Assembly (NCBI GenBank): GCA_964291285.2
Contig: OZ219785.1
Location: forward strand, 576,001 to 640,000
Source: Alphaproteobacteria bacterium
Lineage (GTDB): Bacteria; Pseudomonadota; Alphaproteobacteria; Bin95
Direction: 5' to 3'
Length of the DNA stretch: 64,000 nt
Shown in pieces: positions 9,668 through 19,911 of the stretch (position 1 is the stretch's first letter; every line of letters starts with the position of its first letter). The notes under the pieces are model-generated. The model ran no database searches and had not been told where the DNA came from. It saw nothing but the letters and a program-made list of their open reading frames with translations. The position numbers and the translations under genes were made by a program.

Positions 9668-10294
9668 ATGAGAATTCGTATCGTGGCAATGGCCGCCGCG
9701 TTCTGTGCGGTGCTGGCTTCCTGCGGTCCGCAAGGCAAATCCACCGTCGGAAAGACTGTCGCCGGCGCGTCGACGCAATTGTCGCAGTGGCAACATATCC
9801 CGCCAGCCGGCCTCCTCTTCGATCTCGGCGATCTTGGGAACATCGGGAATATCGGCCGCTCGGAGCGCCGTATCAGGGATAACCACATCGTACAGCATCG
9901 AGCGTATTTCGATGGCAGCGGCTACATGTGGGTAGAGCATTTAACCGCCGCGAACAGCGTCTTCAGCCTGCGCACAACCGCCCGCTACAACAAGGCAGAC
10001 TGGACCCTGGAAGCAGCGCGCCGATATTTCGCGGAACGCAAGGAGAAGGTGACGGTCGGCGAGAAACGGCACATCCACGAATACGGAAAGCGCGGCGGCT
10101 GGGTCGTTTCCGTCAGCAACGAGCAAGGGAGCCGGACCTGCCTTTTTGCCAGATTGGGATTTCTCAACGACAGCAGCAGAACCCGGACCTCCGGCGAGCA
10201 TTACGATACCGGCGTCTATTTCCTAGACTGTTCCGGGCGGCGCTCCCTGGACGACACCGCAGCATTCCTCAAGGAATTGAAGCTCGTATCGTAA
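9668..10294 (+). CDS. Uncharacterised lipoprotein, paralog 2
   Basis: Lipobox LASC; shares RDN.IVQ.R.YFDG, YG.RGGWV and YDT.V.F.DCSG.RSL with paralog 1. Confidence 0.8.
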   Translation: MRIRIVAMAAAFCAVLASCGPQGKSTVGKTVAGASTQLSQWQHIPPAGLLFDLGDLGNIGNIGRSERRIRDNHIVQHRAYFDGSGYMWVEHLTAANSVFSLRTTARYNKADWTLEAARRYFAERKEKVTVGEKRHIHEYGKRGGWVVSVSNEQGSRTCLFARLGFLNDSSRTRTSGEHYDTGVYFLDCSGRRSLDDTAAFLKELKLVS

Positions 10295-10303
10295 AGAGCG
10301 GGC

Positions 10304-10873
10304 TCAGGCCCGACCGGCGAAGGAGGAGAGCATGGAGGCGTCCACGCCGAGCTTGGCGATGGCGCGCGACCATTTCGATTCGAGCGCGTCGTCGAACAGG
10401 ATGGCGTCGTCTGCCGGCGCCGTCAGCCAGCCATTGTCCTGGATCTCGCCCTCGAGCTGCCCCGGCGCCCAGCCGGCATAGCCGAGCGCCAGCAGGCGCT
10501 TCTGCGGGCCGTCGCCGACGGCGATGGCCTTCAGAACGTCGATCGTCGCGGTCAGCCGGATATCCTCCGATACGGCAAGCGAGCCGTCCCGGTCGTAGTC
10601 GGAACTGTGGAGCACGAAACCGCGCCCGGTCTCCACCGGCCCGCCGGACAGGATCGACATGTCGGCCTCGCTGTCCTCGACCCCCAGCTGCTCCATCAGG
10701 TCCGTGAAGGAGAGCGATTCTAACGATTTGTTGATGACGAGGCCCATTGCGCCCTCATCGCCGTGGGCGCACATATAGATGACCGTGCGTTCGAAGCGCG
10801 GGTCGCTCATGCTGGGCATGGCGATCAGGAATTGGCCGGTCAGCCAGCCTTCTCCGGGGCGATCCTGCGTCAT
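10304..10873 (-). CDS. algH: YqgE/AlgH family protein
   Basis: LIAMPSM.DPRF.RTVIY.CAH, GGPVE..RGFVLH, LGYAGWAPGQLE.E. Confidence 0.95.
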   Translation of the reverse strand: MTQDRPGEGWLTGQFLIAMPSMSDPRFERTVIYMCAHGDEGAMGLVINKSLESLSFTDLMEQLGVEDSEADMSILSGGPVETGRGFVLHSSDYDRDGSLAVSEDIRLTATIDVLKAIAVGDGPQKRLLALGYAGWAPGQLEGEIQDNGWLTAPADDAILFDDALESKWSRAIAKLGVDASMLSSFAGRA

Positions 10874-10950
10874 GGCTTCGAGTGTAGCACAGCACGGACG
10901 GGTGTGAAGGCGGACGGTGCTCGGATGACAGGCGGCGGACGGAGCGGCGA

Positions 10951-12960
10951 ATGGGCGTGACGGCAGCCGGGCGGACGCTGCGATTCCTCGCCCTGGCTCT
11001 GGCGGTGTTCGCGGTCGCCGGGGAGGCGCGCTCGGCCGCTTCGCCCTGGGCGCGCACGCCGGAGGCCGCGGTGCGGCTCGTGTCGGCGAGCGAGGCCGTG
11101 GGCAGTCTCGACCGGCTGCGCCTCGGGCTCGAATTCGAGCTCGCGCCCGGCTGGAAGACCTACTGGCGCAGCCCCGGAGAGGGAGGCCTGCCGCCGGCGC
11201 TCGACTGGACCGGAAGCGGCAATCTGGGCGAGGCCAGCCTCTACTGGCCGGCGCCGGCGCGCTTCACCATTCTCGGCATAGACAGCGTCGGCTATGAGGA
11301 CGGCCTGCTGCTGCCCATGGATGTGCAGGTCCCCCGGCCGGGAGAGCCGGTGCGGGTCGCGCTCCGGGTGGACTATCTCACCTGTTCGGACATCTGCGTT
11401 CCGCAAAGCGCGGATCTGGCGCTGGCCCTGCCCGCCGGCCCGGCCCGGCCCTCGGCGGAGGCCTTCGCCATCGACCGCTGGCGCGGCCGCGCACCCCGGC
11501 CGGAGCCCGCGGCAGGCCGGGCGGAGCTCGCCCGCGACGGCGACGGAGCGGTCCTGCATGTCCCCCTGCCCGGCCTGGAGGCGGAGGACATATTCATCGA
11601 GGCGGAGGGCTTCGCCGCTTTCGGCCGGCCGACACCCGTTGCAGGCGGGCTGGCGGTGCCGGTGGCCTATGCGAAAGGCGGCCCGGACGCGCTGCTCGGC
11701 CGCGAGCTGGTGGCAACCGTCACCGGCCGCGGCGGGGCGCTGGAGCAACGCCTGCGCGTGGCCCCGGCGGGCGAGGCGGCTTCATACGGCCTCGCAATCA
11801 TCCTGGCGCTGGCGCTTGCCGGCGGCGTCATCCTCAACCTCATGCCCTGCGTTCTGCCGGTGCTCGGCATCAAGCTCATGCATTTCGCGGGGCTCGGCGG
11901 GGCCGGACGGGGCCGGGCGCGGGCAGAGTTCCTGGCCGTCGCCGCGGGCATCGTCTTTTCATTCTGGCTCCTGGCCGGGGCGGCGATTGCGGCGGCGGCG
12001 GCCGGCATGGCGGTCGGCTGGGGCGTCCAGTTCCAGCAGCCGGTTTTCCTGGCGGCGATGCTGTTCCTGCTGCTGCTGTTCGCGGCCAATCTCTGGGGCG
12101 CCTTCGAGATTCCCGCACCCCGCTTCGCCGGCGGGCTGCGCGGCGGCCCGTTCCTCACCGGCATGTTCGCGACGCTGCTGGCGACGCCCTGCTCCGCGCC
12201 TTTCGTGGGGACGGCGGTCGGCTTTGCGCTGACGCGGGGGCCGGTGGAGGTCGCGCTCATCTTCACGGCGCTCGGCCTCGGCCTGGCGCTGCCCTATCTG
12301 GGTGTGGCGGCCTTTCCGGGCCTGGCGGCGGCGCTGCCGAAGCCGGGCCGCTGGATGGCGCGGCTGCGCTTCGTCCTGGGCCTGGCGCTGGTGGGCACGG
12401 CCGTGTGGCTGCTGACGGTGCTCGCAGCGCAACTCGGCTGGGCGGCCGGCCTGGGGGCGCTCCTGGCAGCGGCCTTGCCGGCGGCGCTCGTGGCGGCATG
12501 GGCGCGGCTCCGCGGCCGCCTTCTCGCAGCCGGGGCCATGGCGGCGGCAGCGGCGGGCCTCGCAGCGGTGATCGCCCTTCCGGCGGCGATGGACCAGGCG
12601 GCGCCCGAAGGCCGCTGGCAGGCGTTCGACGAAGCGCGGATCGGGCCGCTGGTGTCCCAGGGGCGCACGGTCTTCGTCGATGTAACCGCCGACTGGTGCA
12701 TCACCTGCAGGTTCAACAAGGCGGCCGTGCTGGACCGGGGCCCGGTCGCGGCCCATCTCGCCGGCGATGTGGTGGCGATGCGCGCCGACTGGACCCGGCC
12801 CGACCCGGCGATCTCGGCCTATCTCGCCCGCTTCGCCCGCTACGGCATCCCCTTCAACGCGGTTTACGGCCCGGGCGCGCCCGCGGGCATCGCGCTGCCG
12901 GAGCTGCTGACGGACGGCGCCGTTCTGGAGGCGATGGACAGGGCCGGACGGAAAGACTGA
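10951..12960 (+). CDS. dsbD: Protein-disulfide reductase DsbD family
   Basis: GWKTYWRSPG, LNLMPCVLPVL, LATPCSAPF and thioredoxin ADWCITC. Confidence 0.92.
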   Translation: MGVTAAGRTLRFLALALAVFAVAGEARSAASPWARTPEAAVRLVSASEAVGSLDRLRLGLEFELAPGWKTYWRSPGEGGLPPALDWTGSGNLGEASLYWPAPARFTILGIDSVGYEDGLLLPMDVQVPRPGEPVRVALRVDYLTCSDICVPQSADLALALPAGPARPSAEAFAIDRWRGRAPRPEPAAGRAELARDGDGAVLHVPLPGLEAEDIFIEAEGFAAFGRPTPVAGGLAVPVAYAKGGPDALLGRELVATVTGRGGALEQRLRVAPAGEAASYGLAIILALALAGGVILNLMPCVLPVLGIKLMHFAGLGGAGRGRARAEFLAVAAGIVFSFWLLAGAAIAAAAAGMAVGWGVQFQQPVFLAAMLFLLLLFAANLWGAFEIPAPRFAGGLRGGPFLTGMFATLLATPCSAPFVGTAVGFALTRGPVEVALIFTALGLGLALPYLGVAAFPGLAAALPKPGRWMARLRFVLGLALVGTAVWLLTVLAAQLGWAAGLGALLAAALPAALVAAWARLRGRLLAAGAMAAAAAGLAAVIALPAAMDQAAPEGRWQAFDEARIGPLVSQGRTVFVDVTADWCITCRFNKAAVLDRGPVAAHLAGDVVAMRADWTRPDPAISAYLARFARYGIPFNAVYGPGAPAGIALPELLTDGAVLEAMDRAGRKD

Positions 12961-13061
12961 TCCCATGACCGGGGTGCGGGGTTCCTTGCAGGGCCGCGCC
13001 CGGCGATGTAACCCTCGCGCAATCCCGCCGGACCGTCTTCCCGGCCGGACGGAGGCAAGCG

Positions 13062-13754
13062 ATGGGCGTCGGCGGTGCGGACCTGGAGACAATCGGGCAG
13101 TTTCCCCTGTTCCAAGGGCTGTCGCCGGACGCGCTACACTCGCTGGTGCGGGGCGCGGACGTCCGGGACTGCGCCAAGCGCACGGTCATCTTCGAGCAGG
13201 GAGAGCCGGTCACCCACTTTTTCGGCGTGCTGTCCGGGTGGGTGAAGCTGTTTCGCCTGCGCCCGGACGGCTCCGAAGTGATTATCGAGGTCTTCGGCCC
13301 CGGCGAATCCTTTGCCGAAGGCGCGATCGGCATGCCGGAAGGCTATCCGGTCTCGGCCGAAGTGGTCGACGACAGCCGCCTGCTCGCGGTGCCGGTCGCC
13401 GACTATGTCGGGCGGTTGCGGGAAGACCCGGATCTGGTTGTCAGGACCTTTTCCTCGCTTGCGGTGAACCTGAAGCGGCTGGTCTCCCGGATCGAGACCG
13501 GCAACAGCCTGAACTCCTCGCAGCGCGTGGGCGCTTTCCTCTTGAATTTCTGCCCGCCGCCAGGGCCTGGCGCAGGCGGCGTCGATGTGCGCCTGCCCTA
13601 TGACAAGAAGCTGATCGCCAACCGGCTCGGCATGAAGCCCGAGACCTTTTCGCGGGCGCTGGCAAGCCTCAGAAAGCATGGGGTGACGGTCCGGGGCGGC
13701 AATGCTCACATCGCCGATCCTGCCCGCCTTTGCCGCCATGTCTCGCCCGAATAG
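13062..13754 (+). CDS. Crp/Fnr family transcriptional regulator
   Basis: cNMP-binding domain (IFEQGE...SGWVKL...GESFAE) and HTH (IANRLGMKPETFSR). Confidence 0.92.
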   Translation: MGVGGADLETIGQFPLFQGLSPDALHSLVRGADVRDCAKRTVIFEQGEPVTHFFGVLSGWVKLFRLRPDGSEVIIEVFGPGESFAEGAIGMPEGYPVSAEVVDDSRLLAVPVADYVGRLREDPDLVVRTFSSLAVNLKRLVSRIETGNSLNSSQRVGAFLLNFCPPPGPGAGGVDVRLPYDKKLIANRLGMKPETFSRALASLRKHGVTVRGGNAHIADPARLCRHVSPE

Positions 13755-13797
13755 CCGGACCGGGCGCCAGACCCGAACGAACGAAGGAGCCGCCCCC

Positions 13798-15162
13798 TTG
13801 CCCGCCGCCATCGATTACGACGCCCTTCTTGCCCCCGGCCTGCCGCCGCCGGCCCCGCGCTGGAACGGCTTTGCGCCCTATAATTTCATCGGCGGCAATG
13901 TCGATGCGGCGAGCATGCCGGTCGAGGACATGATTGCCGCGACCGCCTCGGCGCTCCGCCGGGAGGGGGCGACGCTGGCGACCTACGGGATGGAGAGCGG
14001 GCCGCTCGGCTACCGGCCGCTCCGGGAATTCGTTGCCGCCAAGCTCCGCAAACGCAGCGGCCTCTCGGTCTCGCCCGACAATGTGCTCATCACCTCGGGC
14101 TCGAACCAGGGGCTGGACCTCGTCAACGAGATATTCCTCCGTCCCGGCGATACGGTCCTGGTCGAGCAGTTCAGCTACGGCAGCGCGCTCGCCCGCCTGC
14201 GCAAGCTCGGCGTCAGGCCGGTGGGCATTCCGCTGGACGATGGCGGCATGCGCATGGACCGGCTTGCCGAAAAACTGGCCGCGCTTGCCTCCGAGGGCGT
14301 AAAGCCGAAATTCATCTATGTCATCCCGACGATCCAGAATCCCGGCGGCAGCATCATGCCGGAAGCCAGGCGGGCCGAGCTGCTGCGCCTTTCGGCGGAA
14401 TACGGCGTGCCCGTCTTCGAGGACGAGTGCTACGCGGACCTTCTGTGGACGGGCGAGCGCCCGCCCGCCATCGCGGCAATGGACGAAGGCAACCGGGTGA
14501 TCCATTGCGGATCGTTCTCGAAGACGATCGCGCCGGCGCTGCGTGTCGGATACATCCACGCCGAGCCCGCCCTCATCGCCCGTATGGTCGCTTGCAAGAC
14601 CGACGGCGGCACCGGCGCGCTCGAACAGCTGATGCTGGCGGAATACTGCCGGACCCGCTTCGATGCCCATGTCGATCGTGTAATACCACCGGCCACAGAT
14701 AAGAACCGATTAGCCTCTCTCGGCGGAGATTACCTCTTGCAGTAGGAGGCCTCGGCTCAGGGGGCGAGCTGCGGAGGGAGGATCTGCTATCGGTTCCAAT
14801 CAACGACCGTTGGTATAACGGGGCTGCTCAAGGAGAAGCTCGACGCCATGACCGGGGCGCTGGAGGAGCATTTCGGCACGGCCGCGGAGTTCGTGCCGCC
14901 GGAAGGCGGCATCTTCCTGTGGATTTCCCTGCCCGACGCCGTGGACGCGATGAAGCTCGCCGCCGCCTCGGCGGCTGCCGGCATCGCCATCAATCCCGGC
15001 CCGGAATGGTCCGCCGAGGCCGAGCCCGCCCGGTCGCGCATCCGGCTCTGTTTCGGCAACCCGACCGTGGAGGAAATCCGCGGCGGCGTGGGGAAGCTCG
15101 CCGAGATCTGCCACCGCGAGTTCGGGATTCCGCTCCGGAGCGGCAATATCGAGCGCGCCTGA
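13798..15162 (+). pseudogene. PLP-dependent class I (MocR/LysN-like) aminotransferase interrupted in frame by a MITE that carries one TAG
   Basis: YVIPTIQNPGG, FEDECY and SFSKTIAPALRVG; the C-terminal PEGGIFLW...IRLCF part lies in the same frame after the insert; TTG start with AGGAG RBS. Confidence 0.85.
14684..14815. mobile_element. 132-bp MITE with TACC...GGTA ends and a TAA target duplication
   Basis: Imperfect terminal IRs taccaccggccacagataagaaccgat / atcggttccaatcaacgaccgttggta; TAA at 14681-14683 and 14816-14818; removing it restores VDRVTGLLKEKLDAM. Confidence 0.85.
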
Positions 15163-15181
15163 CCTCGGCCCGGCCGCGCCT

Positions 15182-16282
15182 TCAGGGCCGGCCGGAGCCG
15201 CCTTCGAGGGTGAGTACGCGGGCGGCGAGACGGCGCAGTTGGGTTGCGACGTGGCCCATGCGCGCCAGATGCGCCTGGGCGGCGAGATAGACGGATTTGG
15301 GCCGCGCCGGATAGCCGAGCCAGACCTGGCCCGCCGGCACGGACTTCCAGACCGCCGCAGCACCCCCGACCACCGCGTCGTCACCGATCTCGATATGGTC
15401 GGCGAGCATGGCTGCGCCCCCCAGCACCACCCGGTCGCCGACCCGCGTGCTGCCGGCGATGCCGGTGTTGCCGGAGATCAGGCAGTCCTCGCCGATGGTG
15501 ATGTTGTGGGCGATCTGGCAGAGATTGTCGATCTTGGTGCGCGCGCCGATGCGGGTCGCCCCGATGTTGGAGCGGTCTATGCAGCTGTTGGCGCCGACCT
15601 CCACATCGTCGCAGAGCTCGACCCGGCCGAGCGAGCCGATGCGCCGGACCCGCTCATTGACCACCCCGTGATAGTCCCCGGAGCGCCGCGCCACCTCGAA
15701 GGAGGCCGGCCCGTGCGTCACATAGCTGAAGCCGTCCGCACCGATGACGGCGCCGGCCTGCAGGATCACCCGCGCGCCCAGCACCACGCCTTCGCCGATG
15801 CGCGCGCCTGCATGGATCAGGCAGTCGGGCCCGATGCGCGCGCCCGCCCCGACCGAGGCGTGGGAGAGGATGCGCGCGCCCGCGCCGATCTCCGCGCCCG
15901 GCCCGACCGATACGAACGGCCCCAGCGAAACGCCCGCCCCCAGAACCGCGCCGTCATCGACCGCGGCGGTCGGATGCACGCCCGGCGGCGCATGCGGCTC
16001 CGGCTCGAACAGCGCCACCAGCCCGGCCAGCGCATAGCGCGGCGCCTCCACCTCGACCCAGCCGTCGAGCGCGCCCTCGGGCGGCTCCGCCCCTTCCGGC
16101 AGCACGGCGGCGCGAACGGGCGACTCCGCCAGCATGGCCGCGTGGCGCGCCTCCATCAGGAAGATGAGGTCGTCCGCCCTGCGCGCCTCGGCCGGATGCA
16201 CCAGCCGCTCGACCGTGAGCCCTCCGTCGCCGTGCAAGCGCCCTTCGGTCGCGGCCGCGACCGCTTCGAGCGCAACGGCCAT
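15182..16282 (-). CDS. lpxD: UDP-3-O-(3-hydroxyacyl)glucosamine N-acyltransferase
   Basis: Hexapeptide repeats; IGADGF.Y; GANSCIDR; [12 protein letters not shown]. Confidence 0.93.
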   Translation of the reverse strand: MAVALEAVAAATEGRLHGDGGLTVERLVHPAEARRADDLIFLMEARHAAMLAESPVRAAVLPEGAEPPEGALDGWVEVEAPRYALAGLVALFEPEPHAPPGVHPTAAVDDGAVLGAGVSLGPFVSVGPGAEIGAGARILSHASVGAGARIGPDCLIHAGARIGEGVVLGARVILQAGAVIGADGFSYVTHGPASFEVARRSGDYHGVVNERVRRIGSLGRVELCDDVEVGANSCIDRSNIGATRIGARTKIDNLCQIAHNITIGEDCLISGNTGIAGSTRVGDRVVLGGAAMLADHIEIGDDAVVGGAAAVWKSVPAGQVWLGYPARPKSVYLAAQAHLARMGHVATQLRRLAARVLTLEGGSGRP

Positions 16283-18354
16283 CAGGCGGCGCGCACCCAG
16301 ACCGCCGTGTCGTGGAACACGCCGCCGCCGACGGGCGGCGCCGCATCGGCGGAGGTGAGCGCGTTGATGCCGAGCCCTTCCTCGAACGCCTCATGCGGCC
16401 AGATGCTCTCCACCACCACGACGCCCCGCCTCACCCCGTCGAAATGCCGGGCGTGGACGACGACCGACGCCTTGTCGTTGCCGACCCGCGTGCGCCCGCC
16501 GTCCGGAATGCCGAGCGCGTCCGCGTCCTCGGGATGGATCATCACCGTCGGCCGCCCCTCGCGCTGCCGCGAAGTCGGCGTCTCGGTGAAGGAGGAGTTG
16601 AGATAGCCGCGCGCCGGCGAGGTCGCCATGCGGAACGGCTTGTCGTCGGTGGCGTTCTCGATCGCGTCCCAGTGGTCCGGCAGGCGCGGCATCGACCCGG
16701 CGATATTGTGGGCGCGCGGCGCGAAGGCCTCCCAGTCGGGCTTGAAGCGGAACCTGCCGTCGGGCCAAGCGAAGCCGTCCAGGTAATGCGCGGCGCGGAA
16801 GTCCGGCTGGGCGTCGGTCCAGCGCTCGCGCTTGAGCGCCTCGAAGCCCGGATAGCCGGAGCGCCGGAGCGTCTCGTCGGCCACCTCGGCCGCGGTCATG
16901 GCGTAGCCCGGATGGTCCGCCCCGAGCCGCTTTGCGAGCGCCGCCGTCACTTCGTGGTTCGACCGGCATTCGCCCGGCGGCTCGACGATCTTCGGCCCCG
17001 CGATGACATAGCTGTGCCCGCCGCCCTGGTAGATGTCGTCATGCTCGAGGAACATGGTCGCCGGCAGCACGAGGTCGGCCATTTGCGCCGTCGCCGTCAT
17101 GAACTGCTCGTGCACGCAGGTAAACAGGTCCTCGCGCTCGAAGCCGGCGCGGACCAGCAGATGTTCGGGCGCCACCATCATCGGGTTGGTGTTCTGGATC
17201 AGCATGGCGGTCACCGGCGGGCCGCCCTGGAGGTCGGCGGGATTGCCGGTCAGCACCGGGCCGATGCGCGTCTGGTCGAGCAGGCGCACGTCGGGGTCGC
17301 GCACGTCCAGCCCCTCGATCAGCGACTTGTCCCAGCCGTAGATCGCGCCGTTATTGTGGAAGGCGCCGCCGCCCTCATATTGCCAGGCGCCGGTGACCGC
17401 GGCGATGCAGGATGCGGCGTGCATGTTCACCGCCCCGTTGCGCTGGCGCGAGAAGCCGTAACCGAGGCGCAGATAGGTGCGCTTGGTGCGCCCGATCTCG
17501 CCCGCGAGCGCCTCGATCTCGGCCGCCGGCACGCCGCATATCGCCTCCGCCCATTCCGGCGTGCGGTCCGCCAGATGCGCTTCCAGCTCCGCCGGCGCGT
17601 CGGTCATCGCCTCCAGCCAGGCGCGGTCGGCATGGCCGTCGCGGAACAGCACATGCATGATCGCGCAGGCGAGCGCGCCGTCCGTGCCGGGGCGCACGCA
17701 GAGGAAGCGGTCGGCCTGCTTCGCCGTCTCGTTGCGATAGACGTCGATGACGGCGATGCGCGCCCCCCTCTCCTTGCGGGCGCGGACCGCATGGGTCATC
17801 ACGTTCACCTGGGTGGCGGCGGCGTTGGTGCCCCAGATGACCAGCAGGTCGGCCTTCGCCATCTCTCGCGGGTCGGAGCCCGCGAGTTTGCCGGTGCCGG
17901 CGATGAAGCCGTTCCAGGCGAGCGTCGTGCAGATGGTGGCATGGAAGCCGGAATAGCGCTTGGCGTGGCGGAGGCGGTTGATGCCGTCGCGCTGCACGAG
18001 GCCCATCGTGCCCGCATAATAGTAGGGCCAGACGGTCTCCGGCCCGAGCTTCGCCTCGGCTTCCAGGAACTTCTCCGCGCAGAGGTCGAGTGCGGCGTCC
18101 CAGGAAATCCGCTCGAACCTGCCCGAGCCTTTGGGGCCGGTGCGGACCATCGGGTGGAGCAGCCGGTCCGGATGGTGGATGCGCTCGGCGTAGCGCGCGA
18201 CCTTGGCGCAGACCACGCCGGCGGTATAGTCGTTGTCGCGCGCGCCCCGGACGCGGCCGATGCTGCGGGCGTCGAAGCGTTCGACCTCGAGCGCGCAGGT
18301 AGAGGGGCAATCGTGCGGGCACGCGCTGAAATGGATGGTCGGGCTTCCGTCCAT
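16282..18354 (-). CDS. Molybdopterin oxidoreductase family protein (DMSO-reductase superfamily)
   Basis: CPHDCPSTC...CAK Fe-S motif; PGTDGALA; [14 protein letters not shown]; C-terminal MPT-binding domain. Confidence 0.92.
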   Translation of the reverse strand: MDGSPTIHFSACPHDCPSTCALEVERFDARSIGRVRGARDNDYTAGVVCAKVARYAERIHHPDRLLHPMVRTGPKGSGRFERISWDAALDLCAEKFLEAEAKLGPETVWPYYYAGTMGLVQRDGINRLRHAKRYSGFHATICTTLAWNGFIAGTGKLAGSDPREMAKADLLVIWGTNAAATQVNVMTHAVRARKERGARIAVIDVYRNETAKQADRFLCVRPGTDGALACAIMHVLFRDGHADRAWLEAMTDAPAELEAHLADRTPEWAEAICGVPAAEIEALAGEIGRTKRTYLRLGYGFSRQRNGAVNMHAASCIAAVTGAWQYEGGGAFHNNGAIYGWDKSLIEGLDVRDPDVRLLDQTRIGPVLTGNPADLQGGPPVTAMLIQNTNPMMVAPEHLLVRAGFEREDLFTCVHEQFMTATAQMADLVLPATMFLEHDDIYQGGGHSYVIAGPKIVEPPGECRSNHEVTAALAKRLGADHPGYAMTAAEVADETLRRSGYPGFEALKRERWTDAQPDFRAAHYLDGFAWPDGRFRFKPDWEAFAPRAHNIAGSMPRLPDHWDAIENATDDKPFRMATSPARGYLNSSFTETPTSRQREGRPTVMIHPEDADALGIPDGGRTRVGNDKASVVVHARHFDGVRRGVVVVESIWPHEAFEEGLGINALTSADAAPPVGGGVFHDTAVWVRAA

Positions 18355-18417
18355 GGTTAGGGCCGCTCCCTGCGGTTGCGGCCGGCGAGTATAGCGAACG
18401 GGAGGGGCGCGCGCGAC

Positions 18418-19347
18418 ATGACGGAACTACGGGAGATCGCAGGCGGGCTCCGCTTTCCCGAGGGGCCGGTGGTCCTGCCCGGCGGCGACATTCTGGTCTG
18501 CGAGATCGCGGCCGGGCGCATCGCGCGCATCGCCCCGGACGGCGCGCGGACGGTCGCGGCCGAGACCGGCGGCGGCCCCAACGGCGCCGCACTCGGCCCC
18601 GACGGCAGGCTCTGGGTCTGCAACAATGGCGGCATGGAGTGGTTCGACCGCGACGGCAGGCTCTTCCCGATCGGCTGCGCGCGCGACTATGAGGGCGGCT
18701 CGATCCAGCGCGTCGATCTCGAAACCGGCGCGGTCGAGACGGTCTGGCGCGACTGCGGGGGCGAGCCGCTCAAGGGGCCGAACGACCTCGTCTTCGACCG
18801 CACGGGCGGCCTCTGGTTCACCGATCATGGCAAGGACCGCGGGCGCTCCCGGGACGTGACCGGCCTCTTCTACGCGCCGGCCGGGGGCGGACCCGTCCGC
18901 GAGGCCGTCTGGCCGCTCCACGCGCCGAACGGCGTCGGCCTCTCGCCGGAGGAGGACCGCGTCTATGTGGCGGAGACCGAGACCGCGCGGCTCATCGCCT
19001 TCGACCTGGAGGCGCCGGGCGTCATCGCCGGTTCGGATGGCAAGCGCGTGCGCGGCCATCGCGGACGCTGCCTCCACGGGGCGCCGGGCCTGCAATTCTT
19101 CGATTCGCTTGCGGTCGATGCCGACGGCCGCATCTGCGTCGCCACCATCCACAATGGCGGCGTCACCGTCATCCCGCCGGACGGCGGCGCGGCGGCGCAT
19201 GTGCCGATGCCGGACCCGGTGACCACCAACATCGCCTTCGGCGGCGAGGGGCTGCGCACCGCCTACATCACGCTGTCCATGTCCGGCCGGCTGGTGTCCG
19301 TCCCCTGGGACCGCCCCGGCCTGCCGCTCAATTTCCTGAACCGGTAG
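18418..19347 (+). CDS. SMP-30/gluconolactonase/LRE family protein
   Basis: GLRFPEGP, GPNG, GPNDLVFD, PNGVGLSP, FDSLAVD, TTNIAFGG. Confidence 0.92.
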   Translation: MTELREIAGGLRFPEGPVVLPGGDILVCEIAAGRIARIAPDGARTVAAETGGGPNGAALGPDGRLWVCNNGGMEWFDRDGRLFPIGCARDYEGGSIQRVDLETGAVETVWRDCGGEPLKGPNDLVFDRTGGLWFTDHGKDRGRSRDVTGLFYAPAGGGPVREAVWPLHAPNGVGLSPEEDRVYVAETETARLIAFDLEAPGVIAGSDGKRVRGHRGRCLHGAPGLQFFDSLAVDADGRICVATIHNGGVTVIPPDGGAAAHVPMPDPVTTNIAFGGEGLRTAYITLSMSGRLVSVPWDRPGLPLNFLNR

Positions 19348-19371
19348 GGCGCGGCCGCATCGGGTCGCGCG

Positions 19372-19911
19372 TTACCGGTTTTTCGCGTGATAGGATTCAG
19401 CTTTATCAGACATTCGCTGGCCTGAATCGGGATTACGGGTGCGGAGGCGGGCAGCGGAACGATTGCGGATTGCGTCGGCTATGGGCCCCAGCCGGGCCGG
19501 ACCGGAAAATGCGCCTTCGTCGAGCATCCTGCTCACCCGGTCGGCATCCGTTGCCGCAAGAAACGTGAATATCTTGGGAATCGCGCCCGTACGGGAAACG
19601 GACTTGCCCGGATCGACGCCATAGACGCGGCAGAATTCCCGAATGTCTGCAACGCTGGGGAGAAAGCTCTTGTCTTCGAAATGCCGGGCGGCGCGTTCCA
19701 ATATCTGGGCCTTGTCCGGAGGAAGGAGCATCCTGCCCACATAGTCGATTGCGGACGGTTTGCTCCTTGCGCTGCCTGCGCGCTTCGCCGGCGAAGATGG
19801 AACGGCCGAATCCGATGCCACTTGCAGGTCGGCGAGACCGTGCAATACCGAACTCATGCCGTGGCGGCGGACCAGTGTCTGCAAGGTTTCCGTCAGGTCA
19901 TGTCGCGGCAT
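19372..19911 (-). CDS. Hypothetical protein translationally coupled to the orphan ParA
   Basis: TAATG stop/start overlap at 19911; same lower-GC composition as the ParA gene. Confidence 0.7.
   Translation of the reverse strand: MPRHDLTETLQTLVRRHGMSSVLHGLADLQVASDSAVPSSPAKRAGSARSKPSAIDYVGRMLLPPDKAQILERAARHFEDKSFLPSVADIREFCRVYGVDPGKSVSRTGAIPKIFTFLAATDADRVSRMLDEGAFSGPARLGPIADAIRNRSAARLRTRNPDSGQRMSDKAESYHAKNR

Noticed and set aside
14743-14745. Pyrrolysine recoding of the TAG in the aminotransferase
   Set aside because: The TAG lies within inserted MITE DNA, not at a conserved residue, and no pyl genes are in the window.
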